Part shown: positions 40,956-54,247 of the stretch, piece by piece | Layout: the number at the start of each line of letters is the position of its first letter | How positions within the stretch are numbered: the stretch's first letter is position 1 | NCBI GenBank assembly: GCA_951406725.2 | Contig: OX597818.1 | Span: 98,022,001-98,086,000 of the forward strand | DNA from: Octopus vulgaris | Taxonomy: Eukaryota | DNA length: 64,000 nt | Direction of reading: 5' to 3' | Made by a program: the position numbers and the translations under genes | The notes under the pieces: model-generated | The model's database searches: none | What the model was told of the DNA's origin: nothing | Seen by the model: the letters and a program-made list of their open reading frames with translations, nothing else

Positions 40956-41005
40956 AGTGTGTATGTATGTACGTGTGGGTGTGGGGAAGTGTGTGTATGT
41001 GCATG

Positions 41006-41012
<7 letters not shown>
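39945..41012 (-). mobile_element. Penelope-like 3' UTR/pseudo-LTR derivative (non-coding) in (TA)n
   Basis: First ~200 bp are homologous to 24490-24685 and 51476-51660. GT-rich and purine-rich body like 51760-52330. Bounded by TA runs. Confidence 0.65.
40036..40070 (-). ncRNA. Minimal hammerhead motif, variant core CCGACGA
   Basis: GTTT-CCGACGA-A-GAGC(TCC)GCTC-GAAAC-GTC-ATAC. Confidence 0.65.
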
Positions 41013-41055
<43 letters not shown>

Positions 41056-41056
<1 letters not shown>

Positions 41057-42350
41057 TAGCAGTATAGCTCGGCGTTGCTCGGGATTAAGTTATGGTTATT
41101 GAGCTAATTAAGCACTTGGTTTCAAACCAAGCTAAGTAGCACCAACGTCAAATTTGAGTGAAATCCGTTGAAATTGGTAAACGTTGGCTGAAAATGGGTT
41201 GGAGAAGATGATTGGGATTTCCCATAAGGAATCGGTTTATAGATTTTCCACTCATCCATTTTTTTAATGGAAAACTTAAAGCATTCAAAGATCCCATGAG
41301 TCCTAAGTAACCGCGGCATGAAGTTTGAACAAAATACGTCAAAACTGATAAAAGTTATGGTTGGAAATGGGGGCGGGGTAGCCAATTTTTGTGGGAAATC
41401 CTATAAGGAATCGGTTTTATCGATTTTTCATCCTGATTGAATGGAAAACCCAATAAGGGATCAGTTTATGATTTTTCACCCCAAATAGGACTTAACCGAA
41501 AACAACATTGCTGATTCAAAAAATCTATACTTTAAAGTTGGTTTTCACACCCAACCTAGTTCTGCAGAATCAGTTTCGTGACAGGAATGCATGGGTTGGG
41601 AGTTTGACCGACAGAGGTGTTTAGGTTGCATATGCCGGCCCTTTCGAAACCCCCCAAAGAGTTTTGTATCATATTAGGATGCCATAGGAATTTATTCAGC
41701 AAAAAAAGAATCCCAATGATTCAAGAATGGTGGGGGGGTCACCCCTCACCCCACCCCGTTTTGTCCGAACGAAAATAAGGATTTTGCAGCATATTAGGAG
41801 GAGAGGGTAATTGATTCCACGCAAAAAAATCCTTAGTGAAAATCGTGCGGGTGAAAAGATCAATGAGAGTGGGGGTGAAATTTCCGAGGCTTCCACCTCA
41901 CCCCACTCCATTTTTCAGACCCCCAAAAGGGTTTTTTAGCATATGAGGAGGTCATGGGAATTCATTCAACGAAAAACAAAGAAGAAATTTCCAATGATTC
42001 CGGGATGAGGGCCCCTCTCGCCCTATCCCACTTTTTTAAAACCAAAATAAGGGATTTGCAGCATATTAGGAAGTCAGGGTACTTGATTCTACACAAAAAA
42101 TCAGAGTTTTTTTTTCTTAGTGAAAATCGTGCAGGTGTTAATCTAGAAATTTACCTTTTGTTTCACATTTTTGCCATTGCTAGTCAGGGTCTTAACTCAT
42201 GTTAGCAAACTTAGGGATTTGACCAACGTAGAAATTGGCAAAAGTTATCGTTGAAAATTGATTTTTACCGCTATCTGTGGGTGCCTCAGGAAAAATAACC
42301 TCCAAAAATTGGAGCGACATGAGTGCTAATTTGTGGACGTGCATAAATTA

Positions 42351-42413
<63 letters not shown>

Positions 42414-42446
42414 ACACACACACATCCTGCCTTTTATAGATATAGA
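41056..42446 (-). mobile_element. Non-autonomous Helitron with internal ~270-bp repeats
   Basis: Minus-strand 3' end CCCGAGCAACGCCGAGCTATACTG-CTAG|T and 5' end A|TCTATATCTATAAAAGGC. Internal repeats start at ~41645 and ~41915. Confidence 0.8.
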
Positions 42447-42633
42447 TGAAAAACTCCAGGTAAATTTTTAGGTAACATTCACGGATTTTTTGCATGGAAT
42501 CAACTACCATGGCCTCCTAATATGTTGCAAAGCCCTTTTTGTGGTGGGAGGTGGTGGAAGCCTCGGAAATTTTACCCACTACCAATATGCTGCAGAAATA
42601 AATGTTCCAGAGTGTGAATAACATGGTTCGTTA

Positions 42634-42681
<48 letters not shown>

Positions 42682-43067
42682 GGGGGGGGGTATGTATGGT
42701 AGAAAATGTGACATTTATCTTGTGTAATTCTCTGATAAATTGGTACCTAGCTCTTTGTTTCTTTGTTGTTAAATAAATGGATTCTCAACAAGACACTTTT
42801 TTCCTCGGCATAAAATAAAAACAAAACTCCTTCGCGACCAAAGTAATGTGTGTATGTGAGAAGTGGGGAGAGAAAGATAAACGGTTTAAAATAAATAAAT
42901 AAGTGATTTAAAATAAATATAATTCAATTGTTGTGTGAGAAAGTATATATAATCTGATTATGAAATATAGTGTTTTTCAAAAACAACCAAAATTTGAAGA
43001 TTACATCTCGTGTTTAAGAAAAAAAAAACGTTTTTATTTTTGATGACGCTATTACTTACTCTCTCTG

Positions 43068-43378
43068 TGGAGGTGCAATGGTCCAGTGGTTAGGGCGGAG
43101 GAATCGCGGTCGGAGGATCACGGTTTCGATTCCCAAACAGGGCGTTGTGAGTGTTTATTGAGCGAAAACTCCTAAAGCTCCACGAGGCTCCGGCAAGGAG
43201 AGGTGGCGATCCCTGCTGTACTCTTTCGCCACAACTTTCTCTCACTCTTTCTTCTATTGGCCTGCTCGCTTAGCTAGCGGGGTGGCATCATTTGAAGGCT
43301 AAAACAATGTGAAGCGAATTGCGACCAGCGATATGTAGCAACATCTGATAGCCTGGTTGGTCACGGTGATCATTGTGA
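43068..43378 (+). mobile_element. SINE family C (head b, tail 3)
   Basis: TGGTCCAGTGG A-box, GGTTTCGATTCC B-box; body shared with 50184 and 56540. Confidence 0.85.
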
Positions 43379-43736
43379 TATATATATTAAGCACATGTAT
43401 TAAATGTTAATTTAAAGTTTAATATGTAACTGTAAATACCTTGCAACCTTGAAACTGTTGTGATAGCTATAAACTGGTGATTGAACGGTAAATGTGTAAA
43501 ATAAGATTATCTTACTGTTATCACATTACAGTTAAAAGTGAAAGATTAAAAGTGAAACAATATTATATCACATTACAATATAGATCTTATTTTTTCACTT
43601 TTGACACATAATAACGAACCAGTGTAAAAGATTGCTCCGGGCCCGCATTATGCATACATACATACATGCATACATATATACATACATCCGTATGCATGCA
43701 TATATATACGTATGTATGCATGTATGTATGTGTATG

Positions 43737-43796
<60 letters not shown>

Positions 43797-43921
43797 CATA
43801 CATATACATATATATATATACTTATATTTATGATGTTGTGCCTGGGGAGAGTCTTTCTCTTTTTGTGCCTTATAATTTAACACATTCATCGGTAAAATTT
43901 CCATTCATTTACTTTATTTTT

Positions 43922-43960
43922 CTAACATTTTCGTTGCGTCTTGCAACCTTTTCAATAGTC
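43922..43960 (-). ncRNA. Degenerate hammerhead-like motif, U3:A8 type
   Basis: CTA-TTGAAAA-G-GTTGC(AAGAC)GCAAC-GAAA-ATGTTAG. Stem II is perfect; stems I and III are imperfect. Confidence 0.45.
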
Positions 43961-44540
43961 GATGAATCTGTCCGTTATCCGAGCTAGGTTCTTTTTGTTT
44001 GTTTTTGCGCATGTGTATGGGTCAGTGTATGTGAGTGTGTTTGCATACACATGTATGTATGTATGTATGTATGTATGTATGTATGTATGTATGTATGTAT
44101 GTATGTATGTATGCATGCATGCATATATGTATGTATGCATGCGTGTGTGAGTGTATGCATGTATGTGTGTGTATATGTATATATGTCTTTCGTTTGTATG
44201 TATATATTCTGCCTGCATATTCATGTGTTTGTATATCCACGTTCGTGTGTACCTCTGTCTCTTTGTGTGTGCATGTCTGAGTGTGTCTGTGTGTGTGCAT
44301 GGCTTGTTTGCAACTATGTACTCTGTATGTATGTATGGATGCGTATCTCTTAGTGTGAACGTGTGTTTCCATGTGACCTTGTGTGAAGTGAAGTGTATGT
44401 GTATGTGTATATATGGTCATATGTTTCAGTCTTCATTTGTGAGTGTGTGTGTACTTATCTGTTCATGTAACCATGTAACCTATGTACCTATCCGTCTGTA
44501 TGTTTATCTGTTTACATTCGTATCCATATGCCTACATAGA

Positions 44541-44611
<71 letters not shown>

Positions 44612-44613
<2 letters not shown>

Positions 44614-45775
44614 GGATGGAGTTTGGCATTGAAAAGTCTGCCAAAGCCACTTTTAAGAAAGGGAAATCGTTAAAGTCAAGTTCAATCGAATTAGATGTCA
44701 AAACAGTAATTAAGGAACTTGAGCAGGAACAAACCTATAAATATCTAGGAATAAATGAAGGCTCTGGTATCCAGCATGCAAGCATGAAAGAGAAGGTTAC
44801 GAAAGAATGTTATAGAATAGATCGAGCAATCCTGAAGTCTGAGCTGAATGCATATAATAAGGTATTAGCCATAAAATCCTTAGCAATCCCAGATGTTCTT
44901 TATAGTTTCAATGTGCTTAACTGGAATACCAGTGAAATAATGAAAATTGACAGAAAAATCCGCAAGCTACTGACTTGTAATAAGATGCACCTTCCAAAGC
45001 CAGACGTAGATCGTCCTTACCTTCTCAGAGCTCAGGGAGGACGAGGTTTGATCCAGTTTGAACTTACGTACAAAACCACCACAATCGGACTGGCCAAATA
45101 CCTTAAAGCAACCAACGATTGGATACTAAAACTTGTTGAAAAACATGAAAGACCTAAAAAACTTTACTCTATTCTGAAAGAGAGCAAATTATTCGCGACT
45201 GATCTCTTAGATACCTACCAGATTGATCAGGCTGAAGGAAATGCGCCAACTGCTGCTGTAAAGAAAATAAATTGATTGCAAAGACAAAATCGCATGAAAA
45301 ATTAGCTAGCAGATGGGAACAGAAACCTCTGCATGGCAAGTATGTGGCCCATAGCAAACAAGGTGATGTCGACCAGAAACACACGCACCAATGGTTACGA
45401 AGCTCAGGCTTAAAAGCGGAGAGTGAAGGTTTCACATTAGCTGCTCAAGACCAATGCTTATTAATCCGGAACTACCAAGCCAATGTGATGAAAAATGGAG
45501 CTGACCCAAAATGCTGATTCTGTAACGATGATATTGAAACTATAGACCACCTAATCTCAGGGTGTAAAGTCTAAGCACCTGTAGAATATGAAGCAAGACA
45601 TGACAGAGTAGGCCAGTATTTACACTGGACAATGTGTCGGCATTATAAAATCAAAACCGCTGAAAAATGGTATAAACACCATCCTGAAGCTGTAACTGAG
45701 GGAGAAAATGTGTCAATTCTATGGGACTTCCCCGTACATACATACAAAACTATAAAAGCTAATAAACCGGATATA
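44612..45775 (+). mobile_element. R4/Dong-clade non-LTR retrotransposon fragment (end of RT, CCHC finger, start of RLE endonuclease)
   Basis: [57 protein letters not shown]; stops and a frameshift. Confidence 0.92.
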
Positions 45776-45789
45776 TATATATGTATGTA

Positions 45790-45845
<56 letters not shown>

Positions 45846-45847
45846 TG

Positions 45848-46310
<463 letters not shown>

Positions 46311-46331
46311 AAATATATAGATATATATATG

Positions 46332-46403
<72 letters not shown>

Positions 46404-46419
46404 CATATACATATATGTA

Positions 46420-46913
<494 letters not shown>

Positions 46914-46931
46914 TATATATATATATATATA

Positions 46932-47297
46932 CTAGCAGTATCGCCCGGCGTTGCTCAGGTTTGTAAGGGAAATAACTATAAAGCATTTTTAGAGAGTTAT
47001 AGCCAAAAAATAGCAAAAAAATGGAAAAAAAATTATGGTAAATTTTTTTGAGAGTTAAAAAAGGTGGAGTTGCGTCCCCTAGACTGTCTGTGGTTTGGGT
47101 TTCTGATTCTCGACCCCATGTCGAATTTATCGATTTTTTTCAGAACTGGGGGAACTTTTCAAAATTTTCGCTGCGTTAGTTTTGAATTATGACATTGGGC
47201 TATGTGTGTGTCAAGTTTCATCAGAATCGGTTGAAAGCCGTGGTCAGGGTGAGGGTACGAGAAAACAGACACACAGAAAACGCACAGACAAACTGCC

Positions 47298-47305
<8 letters not shown>
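46932..47305 (-). mobile_element. Short non-autonomous Helitron
   Basis: Minus 3' end CTGAGCAACGCCGGGCGATACTG-CTAG|T, same terminus type as 41056; the 5' end merges into (TA)n. Confidence 0.75.
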
Positions 47306-47357
<52 letters not shown>

Positions 47358-47655
47358 CATTTATATATATATAACCACACGCACACACACACACATACAC
47401 ACACAAACTCTTGCACATACACACATTTATATATGTGCGTTTTTCTATGTATGTATCAAGCTATTTTTTTTTTTTCATCACGCCCCCACCATCTGAAAGC
47501 TAGCATATTGCCATATTACATTCCTCGATTTTAAATAAGTTTTATAGTGATATTCTGGTGTGCGCTTGCTTCGTATTATTACCTAGTGGTGGGTGAAATT
47601 TTTAGCTGAAAAAAATGTTCGTGCTCTTCTGATTTCGTTTGTAACTGCTATATAA

Positions 47656-47721
<66 letters not shown>

Positions 47722-47726
47722 CATAC

Positions 47727-47798
<72 letters not shown>

Positions 47799-48139
47799 CT
47801 GTATGCGCACATACGTTTCATAGTCTGGTGTCTGAATTGGAGAAATCGACTGAATACCTTAAAAATACATCTTTTGTGTTTGGCCATTCAGGCAAAATTC
47901 TCTTTTCTTTCTGATTCATGTAGGCATGATTCGATTCAATGTCGATTCGCGCATACAGAACGCGTTACCATAGTAATAAATACAGCAAAACGCTACAATT
48001 TGAAATTGATATTCAAATACAATTGACTCTCCTACAAGTTTTTAAATGTTAAATGTGTCAAGTGGTTGGCTGCTTGTCCAAATAATTCCTTTGAAGCTAA
48101 ATAATAATGGTTAATTCATGGAATTTTCTGCGAATCACT

Positions 48140-48308
48140 CTATTACACTTTCATTTTCTCTCTCTTTCTCTCTCTCTCACCGATTCTTGTCTATTTCTCG
48201 TCCCCTTGCTCCTTCTTATTCTCTCTGTCTCAAGTACTTTCTATCTGTCTGTCTGTCTGTCTGGTTGGCTGGCTGGCTGGCTCGCTGTCTGGCTTCATCT
48301 TTCTCTTT

Positions 48309-48349
<41 letters not shown>

Positions 48350-48408
48350 ATCTGCCTGTCTGTCTGTATGCATGCCTGTCTGTTTGTCTGTCTTCATCTC
48401 TCCCTTTC

Positions 48409-48440
<32 letters not shown>

Positions 48441-48442
48441 CC

Positions 48443-48517
<75 letters not shown>

Positions 48518-48636
48518 CCCTATCTATTTATCTGCATGTCTGTCTATGTGTATGTATGTTTGCTTGTCTGACTGTCTATTTGCCTATCTTCATCTTTCCC
48601 TCTCTCTCTTTCCGCACTATCTATTTATTTATCCCC

Positions 48637-48724
<88 letters not shown>

Positions 48725-48727
48725 ATA

Positions 48728-48783
<56 letters not shown>

Positions 48784-48818
48784 ATCTATCTTTCTAGCTA
48801 TCTATCTATTTGTCTATC

Positions 48819-48891
<73 letters not shown>

Positions 48892-49045
48892 ACAAAGAAT
48901 AATGGCGGGTTAATGGTAGGTTTCATATAAAAAGTTTTTAATGAGTTTCTGTCTGTCTGTCTGTCTCTCTCACTCTTTTACTCTCTCTCCTCTTTCACAC
49001 TCTCTCCCTTCTCTCTCACTCTCTCTTCTCCTCTCTCTCTTTCGC
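48140..49045. repeat. (CT)n/(TATC)n/(TGTC)n microsatellite field
   Basis: Directly visible. Confidence 0.95.
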
Positions 49046-49080
49046 TGAGATACTTACGGATTCATCTTTCCAGTTATACC

Positions 49081-49311
49081 TATTTCTTTATTACCCACAA
49101 GGGACTAAACATAGAGGGGACAAACAAGGACAAACATAGGTATTAAGTCGATTACATCGATCCCAGTGCGTAACTGGTACTTAATTTATCGACGACCGAA
49201 AGGATGAAAGGCAAAGTCATCTTCGGCAGAATTTGAACTCAGAACGTAACGGCAGACGAAATATCGCCAAGCATTTCGCCCGGCGTGCTAACGTTTCTGC
49301 CAACTCGCCGC
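49081..49311 (-). mobile_element. SINE family A, full length with a 15-bp TSD
   Basis: ctttccagttatacc at 49066-49080 and 49312-49326. Confidence 0.92.
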
Positions 49312-49599
49312 CTTTCCAGTTATACCGTGAATGAGATAACTGAGGACCATACAGCACACTTTGTAATGCTCAGTAGGGTGCGACATGTCAAGTCAGTGTT
49401 TCTTCCAATTTGATTCCAATTATATTTTTAGGATTAAATATTATTAAGAATTGTATAAAAGAATTGTTAAAGTATTTTATGTGTTGTAGAATTATAACCA
49501 ATTTATTGCAGAGCCTTATGGGCCTCCAAGAGCCATATGGATGCCGGTTGAGAACCCCTACGTTACACATTCGCTACTGTCCAGTTAATTCTTCTATAC

Positions 49600-50560
49600 G
49601 TCCAAAACGGAGGCGAGGAAAGTGAACTCGGTCGGGAGACGACGGTTACTATTCCTGTTGAGCGTGGTGGTTACTTGTAATGGTATTGTATGGTGTGGTC
49701 GGTAAGAAGGAAGAATATAGATTTAGCTGTCTTCGAATCAGGTTTTTCTAAGTGGTTGATGTTATGTTAGAAATGCTTTGCTGCTAGTTTTAAGGTGTGT
49801 TGTGTGCGTGTGATCGTAATGTCATCAGCCTATCCAACTGCATGTATATTTTTAATGGTCGTAGGAAGGCCATTTAAGTACAAGTTTAAAAACGTAGCAA
49901 AGAATAGAGATATTTCAGGCACTCCATTCTTCAAAATTGCAGCTTCTATTATGAGCTAATGTTGTATGCAATTCTCCTGAGAAGTAGTTTGCTAACTAAC
50001 GTTTTATGTTGTTTCTTAAGCGGATGTTGAACATTTTGTACTGGGAGTTTGTTGAGTAGATTTGTGTGGGTATTCTTGTTGAAGCAGTGATATATAACTT
50101 GTGTAAGACTTATGAATAACCTGGTGGTCAAGTGTAGTGATTTGAATACGTATTGTAATCCGTAAAGGCAAATGCTTGGCAAGTGGAGTCGGAGGATCGC
50201 GGTTTCGATTCCCAGACCGAGCGTTGTGTGTGTTTATTGAGTGAAAACACCTAAAAGTTCCACGAGGCTCCGGCAGGGGATGATGGCGACCCTTGTTGTA
50301 CTCTTTTGCCCCAACTTTTACTCACTCTCTCTTCCTGTTTCTTGAGTAACGCTGCGATGGACTGACGTCCCGTCTAGCTGGGAGGAACACATACGCCACA
50401 GAAAGCGGGAAACCGGGCCCATGATCCTGGCTAGGCTTGAAAAGGGCGAAGAAAAAAAAAACCGAAATGCTTGGCAAGGGCACAAATAGATGTGAAAGAG
50501 AGAAGACTGGTAAAACAGAAAGATTTCTTCAGAAACAAAACTAGGCTCGAAAAACTAGGC
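49600..50560 (-). mobile_element. Old LINE RT remnant interrupted by SINE C
   Basis: NGVPEISLFFATFLNLYLNGLP..G*ADDITI (GVPQG..YADD) at ~49815-49930. Confidence 0.65.
50184..50464 (+). mobile_element. 5'-truncated SINE family C (head b, tail 1) with a 14-bp TSD
   Basis: aaatgcttggcaag at 50170-50183 and 50465-50478; A-rich end. Confidence 0.9.
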
Positions 50561-50589
50561 TCCAATTTCTGTCTTACAGAGAAATATTC

Positions 50590-51411
50590 ACAATGCGAAC
50601 GATGACGAAAACAAAAACATGAATATTCCATTTGGCGTCACCCATAATCCCAGAAATCACGATTTCTTACATTTAAATCCTACACCAATCAACAAATCTC
50701 ACAAAAATAATTTTAAAAATCACAAATTATCATCAGTCAAAGATAGCCACGAAAACTCAAAAGACTTTTATCAAAGAAGAAATTCACATTAGAAGAAATG
50801 ATGCAAGTATCAAAATGCTGAGACCTTCGTTGTCTGACGTGTGAAATAACTAAACAGGGTAAAAAAAAAACCCAAAGAGATTCAAGAATAGAAATGAACT
50901 GAAGGTTAGTGCAAATATAAAATATAACACAAAAAATTTCATTTAATACGCTACATGCTCGCTGCGCAATTGGAATTATACTGGCCCAGTTTCAAAATTA
51001 ATAGATCAGTATAGGGTACAAAAGCAACAATTCAAAGATTCATTTCTATGTAGTGAACATGTAGACATTTGTGCAAATGGAAAATTCAAATTATTCATTT
51101 TTCTGAAAATGATCGAAGAAAATGATCTACTATGAAAGGCAAAAAATGAATGCTTTCTAAGAATCATAGATTCGAAACTAAACCATAAATAGTTGACACT
51201 GGTACCAAAAACAACCTTCTCTAAACAGATTATTCCATAACACGTGTGTTTGAAAAACTGTGAACAGTGAAAGCGCTTACATATTACGAACGCTTCTTTC
51301 CAAAAGACTTGTGTCATTCTGTTAAAAAAATATGTTTGAATACAAAGCAATTTCTGATATCGGAAAATCTTTTTCAAATATTGTAACTATATCAAGAATT
51401 CTTACAAAACT

Positions 51412-51412
<1 letters not shown>
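50590..51412 (+). mobile_element. Decayed Penelope-like element: linker, Zn-finger/GIY-YIG endonuclease and 3' pLTR
   Basis: IPFGVTHNPRN, KC*DLRCLTC, TKNFI*YATC..NYTG, CSEHVDICANGKFKLFIF..KLN, followed by an HHR. Confidence 0.7.
51244..51284 (+). ncRNA. Minimal type I hammerhead, U3:A8 variant
   Basis: GTGTGT-TTGAAAA-ACTG(TGAA)CAGT-GAAA-G-CG-CTT-ACATAT; 6-bp stem I (two G-U), palindromic AAGCGCTT. Confidence 0.7.
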
Positions 51413-51475
<63 letters not shown>

Positions 51476-52782
51476 GGGAAGCTTTATGAAAATAGACAAA
51501 AGACGAAGGCAGGTGGAAAACAAACAAACAATTGTATTAGTATGGCGCTCAGGAAATATAAATAAAACAAGTCTTTAACGTTTCGAGCCTACGCTCTTCA
51601 ACAGAAAGATACACAGAGAGAAAAAAATACAGAAAGAAGGAGAGAAAAAAATGCGTGCAGTAACTAACGAACCAACATGGCGATCTGATTTCGGCCAGAA
51701 GTCAAAGATCAAACATGAGACGCGAGAGCGAAATTAGGGGAGATAATAGGGTTGAGTGACCAGCTCCAACATAAGGGTGTGTGTGTGTGTATGAGAGAGT
51801 ATTAGTGCGTATGAGAGGTCTGGACGTGTGTATGTATAGGGTTGGTGTATGTATTAGTATGTATTAGTATGTATAAGGGTGTGTGTGTGTGTGTGTGTGT
51901 GTATGAGAGAGTATTAGTGCGTATGAGAAGTCTGGACGTGTGTATGTATAGGGTTGGTGTATGTATTAGTATGTATTAGTTGGTGTATGTATTAGTATGG
52001 CACATCATATATGATGTGATGTGTAAAGTCGTGTGGTGTAGTGTGGAGAGAGGAGAAGGGGGGGAGAATAGGGGGATGAGAGGAGGGGGAGAGAGGGGGG
52101 AGAGGGGGAGAGAGAGGAGGGGGAGAAGGAAGGGGAGGAGGAAGGAGGAAAGAGGGAGAGGGGGAGAGAGAAGGGGAGTGAGAGAGCAGAGGGAAGGGGA
52201 AGAGGGAAGGAGGGAGGGAGAAAGAGGGAAGAAGGGAAGGGGAGTAGGGGTGAAAGGATGAAGGACTGAAGAAGTAGGGGTCGGGGGGAAAGGTAGGTGA
52301 GGAGGGGGGAGATGGGGGTTAGATGAGGAGGGAGGGAGAGTTGAGACCAAATGGGGTATAAGAGCGAAGAGAGAAGATTAATTCCTGTTTACGGCGCAAA
52401 CGGGAATCCGGATGGCCTCTGTGTAAGGACAAACCGAACACAGATAGGTGTTGCAAGGAGTGACCGGTGGAGCGGAAATGGCGAGAGACCGGTGTGTCGT
52501 TCGCAAGGTGGATGTCACGAAAGTGTTCCGCGAACCGGTCAGCCAAGCGGCGTCCCGTTTGTCCGATGTACAAGGAATGGCAGAGAGAGCAAGAGACGCA
52601 ATAGATAATATTGCTGGAGGTGCAGGTGAAGGAGTGGATGATGGGATAGGGTCGATGATGGGTGCTAGTGAGGAGGGTGGTGTTGGAGAGGTAAGGGCAA
52701 GTGCGGCAACGTGGGCGGGAGCAGGGGAACGAGCCGGGTTGGGAGGTAGGGTCAGGGAAGGGGCTATGGGCCAAAAGGTCTC

Positions 52783-52785
<3 letters not shown>
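51476..52785 (-). mobile_element. 5'-truncated Penelope-like element (Neptune-like): open GIY-YIG domain, long 3' UTR and pLTR, in (TA)n
   Basis: ORF 52319-52785: [51 protein letters not shown]; HHR at 51572-51609. Confidence 0.92.
51572..51609 (-). ncRNA. Minimal hammerhead motif, variant core CTGTTGA
   Basis: TCTTT-CTGTTGA-A-GAGC(GTAG)GCTC-GAAAC-GTT-AAAGA. Confidence 0.7.
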
Positions 52786-52841
<56 letters not shown>

Positions 52842-52911
52842 TGTATGTATGTATGTATGTATGTACGCATGTATGTATGTACGTATGTATGTATGTATGT
52901 ATGTATGTATG

Positions 52912-52995
<84 letters not shown>

Positions 52996-53290
52996 GGGTT
53001 GAATAGAGTGAAGTTCAAATCCTAAAGATAGCATTAGCTATCGCGTACACCTCGTAACTTTTGTACTTTGGAAAGGGGCAAGTTTCCAGACTGGATTGTA
53101 AAGGCGATCATTAAGTGCACTCATAGAGAGACGCTAAGGTATATAGGTCACTGATAAGATCATGATAAAGCCCAAACATGCCTGCATTTGTATTCCATGG
53201 TAGCAAAAATTAAACAAAATCCCAAGGCAAATTGTCTGATATTCAATCGATCCTATCAAATGAACTCTTTGATTAAAATAATTCTAGTCA

Positions 53291-53575
53291 TACAGTTCTA
53301 TATTTAAGAGATGATGTATTATGTAAGTTATTTACATTCGACGGATATTTGTCCTCATCTTATTTGTTGTTAACACAACGTTTCGGCTGATATACCCTCC
53401 AGCCTTCTTGAAGTGTCTCGGGGAAATTTCGAACCTGGATTCTCATTCCTAAGGTATTTTTCGATGTTGTTGTTGTTGTTGTCGTTGTTGTTGTTGTTAT
53501 TGTTCAGGTCACTGCTTGGAATCGAACTCGGAATCTTGAGGTTAGTAGCCCGCGCTCTAAACCACTACGCCATAT
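53291..53575 (-). mobile_element. tRNA-headed SINE-like element with an (AAC)n linker and a 3' hammerhead (core decayed in this copy)
   Basis: A-box TGGCGTAGTGG (53572-53562), B-box GAGTTCGATTCC, HHR scaffold at 53372-53417 with core TTCAAGA. Confidence 0.8.
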
Positions 53576-53785
53576 GAGTTCAATTCCAAGCAGTGACCTG
53601 AACAACAACAACAACAACAACAACAATAATAATAATAATAACATCGAAAAATACCTTAGGAATGAGAACCCAGGTTCGAAATTTCCCCAAGACACCTGAT
53701 GAAGGCTGGAGGGTATATCAGCCGAAACGTTGTATTAACAACAAACAAGATGAGGACAAATATCTGGCAAATGTAAATGATGTAA
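53576..53785 (+). mobile_element. Inverted, 5'-truncated copy of the same SINE-like element
   Basis: Reverse complement of ~53325-53529, starting at the B-box. Confidence 0.85.
53691..53736 (+). ncRNA. Minimal type I hammerhead ribozyme motif
   Basis: GACAC-CTGATGA-A-GGCTG(GAGGGTATAT)CAGCC-GAAAC-GTT-GTATT (GTGTT in the other arm). Confidence 0.8.
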
Positions 53786-54247
53786 TTTTAGTCATGACCT
53801 AATTTTTTTTTCCTAATCGCTTAATTACTTCGAATTAGATTATTTTAACCGTCAAGTATTTTAATAAACTTTTCTTGGCAAACAGTTTAATTTTCTAATT
53901 TTTATTATTTATTGAATCAAAAAGAAGAGGCAGTGCCCATGACTTTGCAAACCTTCCAAGACTGATGAAGTTGATGTCGATAATATTCTGCTTAAACTGT
54001 TGCAGATCAACACCTGCGGGAAAGATATGAACAGGGAGGAAGATCCAGAGGTCGAAGTTTGGTGGATGTACGATTGGGCATTGTGGTTAGTGCGGGTTTA
54101 AAGTGGGTTGGGCGCAACCAGGGGGACGAAAGGTGGAAAAGACGAATTGATCGGGGTGTGCCTGAGTGGTGGAAGTATAAGCCTTATTAGCTCCAGAGGG
54201 AAGATGTCATTATAGTAAAGACAGGAAAGACAGAGAGGAGACAACAT

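Noticed and set aside
44151-45275. 374-aa ORF as a host gene
   Set aside because: The first ~150 aa are microsatellite read-through; the rest is a broken Dong/R4 retrotransposon.
49375-49562. hAT/Charlie-like MITE (ggttgagaacccct end)
   Set aside because: Only one TIR-like end is visible and there is no TSD.
50812-50843. In-frame TGA in the PLE zinc finger (KC*DLRCLTC) as selenocysteine, as in Naiad PLEs
   Set aside because: The TGA is beside, not at, a conserved Cys, the ORF has other stops, and no convincing SECIS was seen.
53519-53575. Functional tRNA gene
   Set aside because: A and B boxes are present but there is no acceptor stem or full cloverleaf; it is a SINE head, like the other tRNA-like segments.
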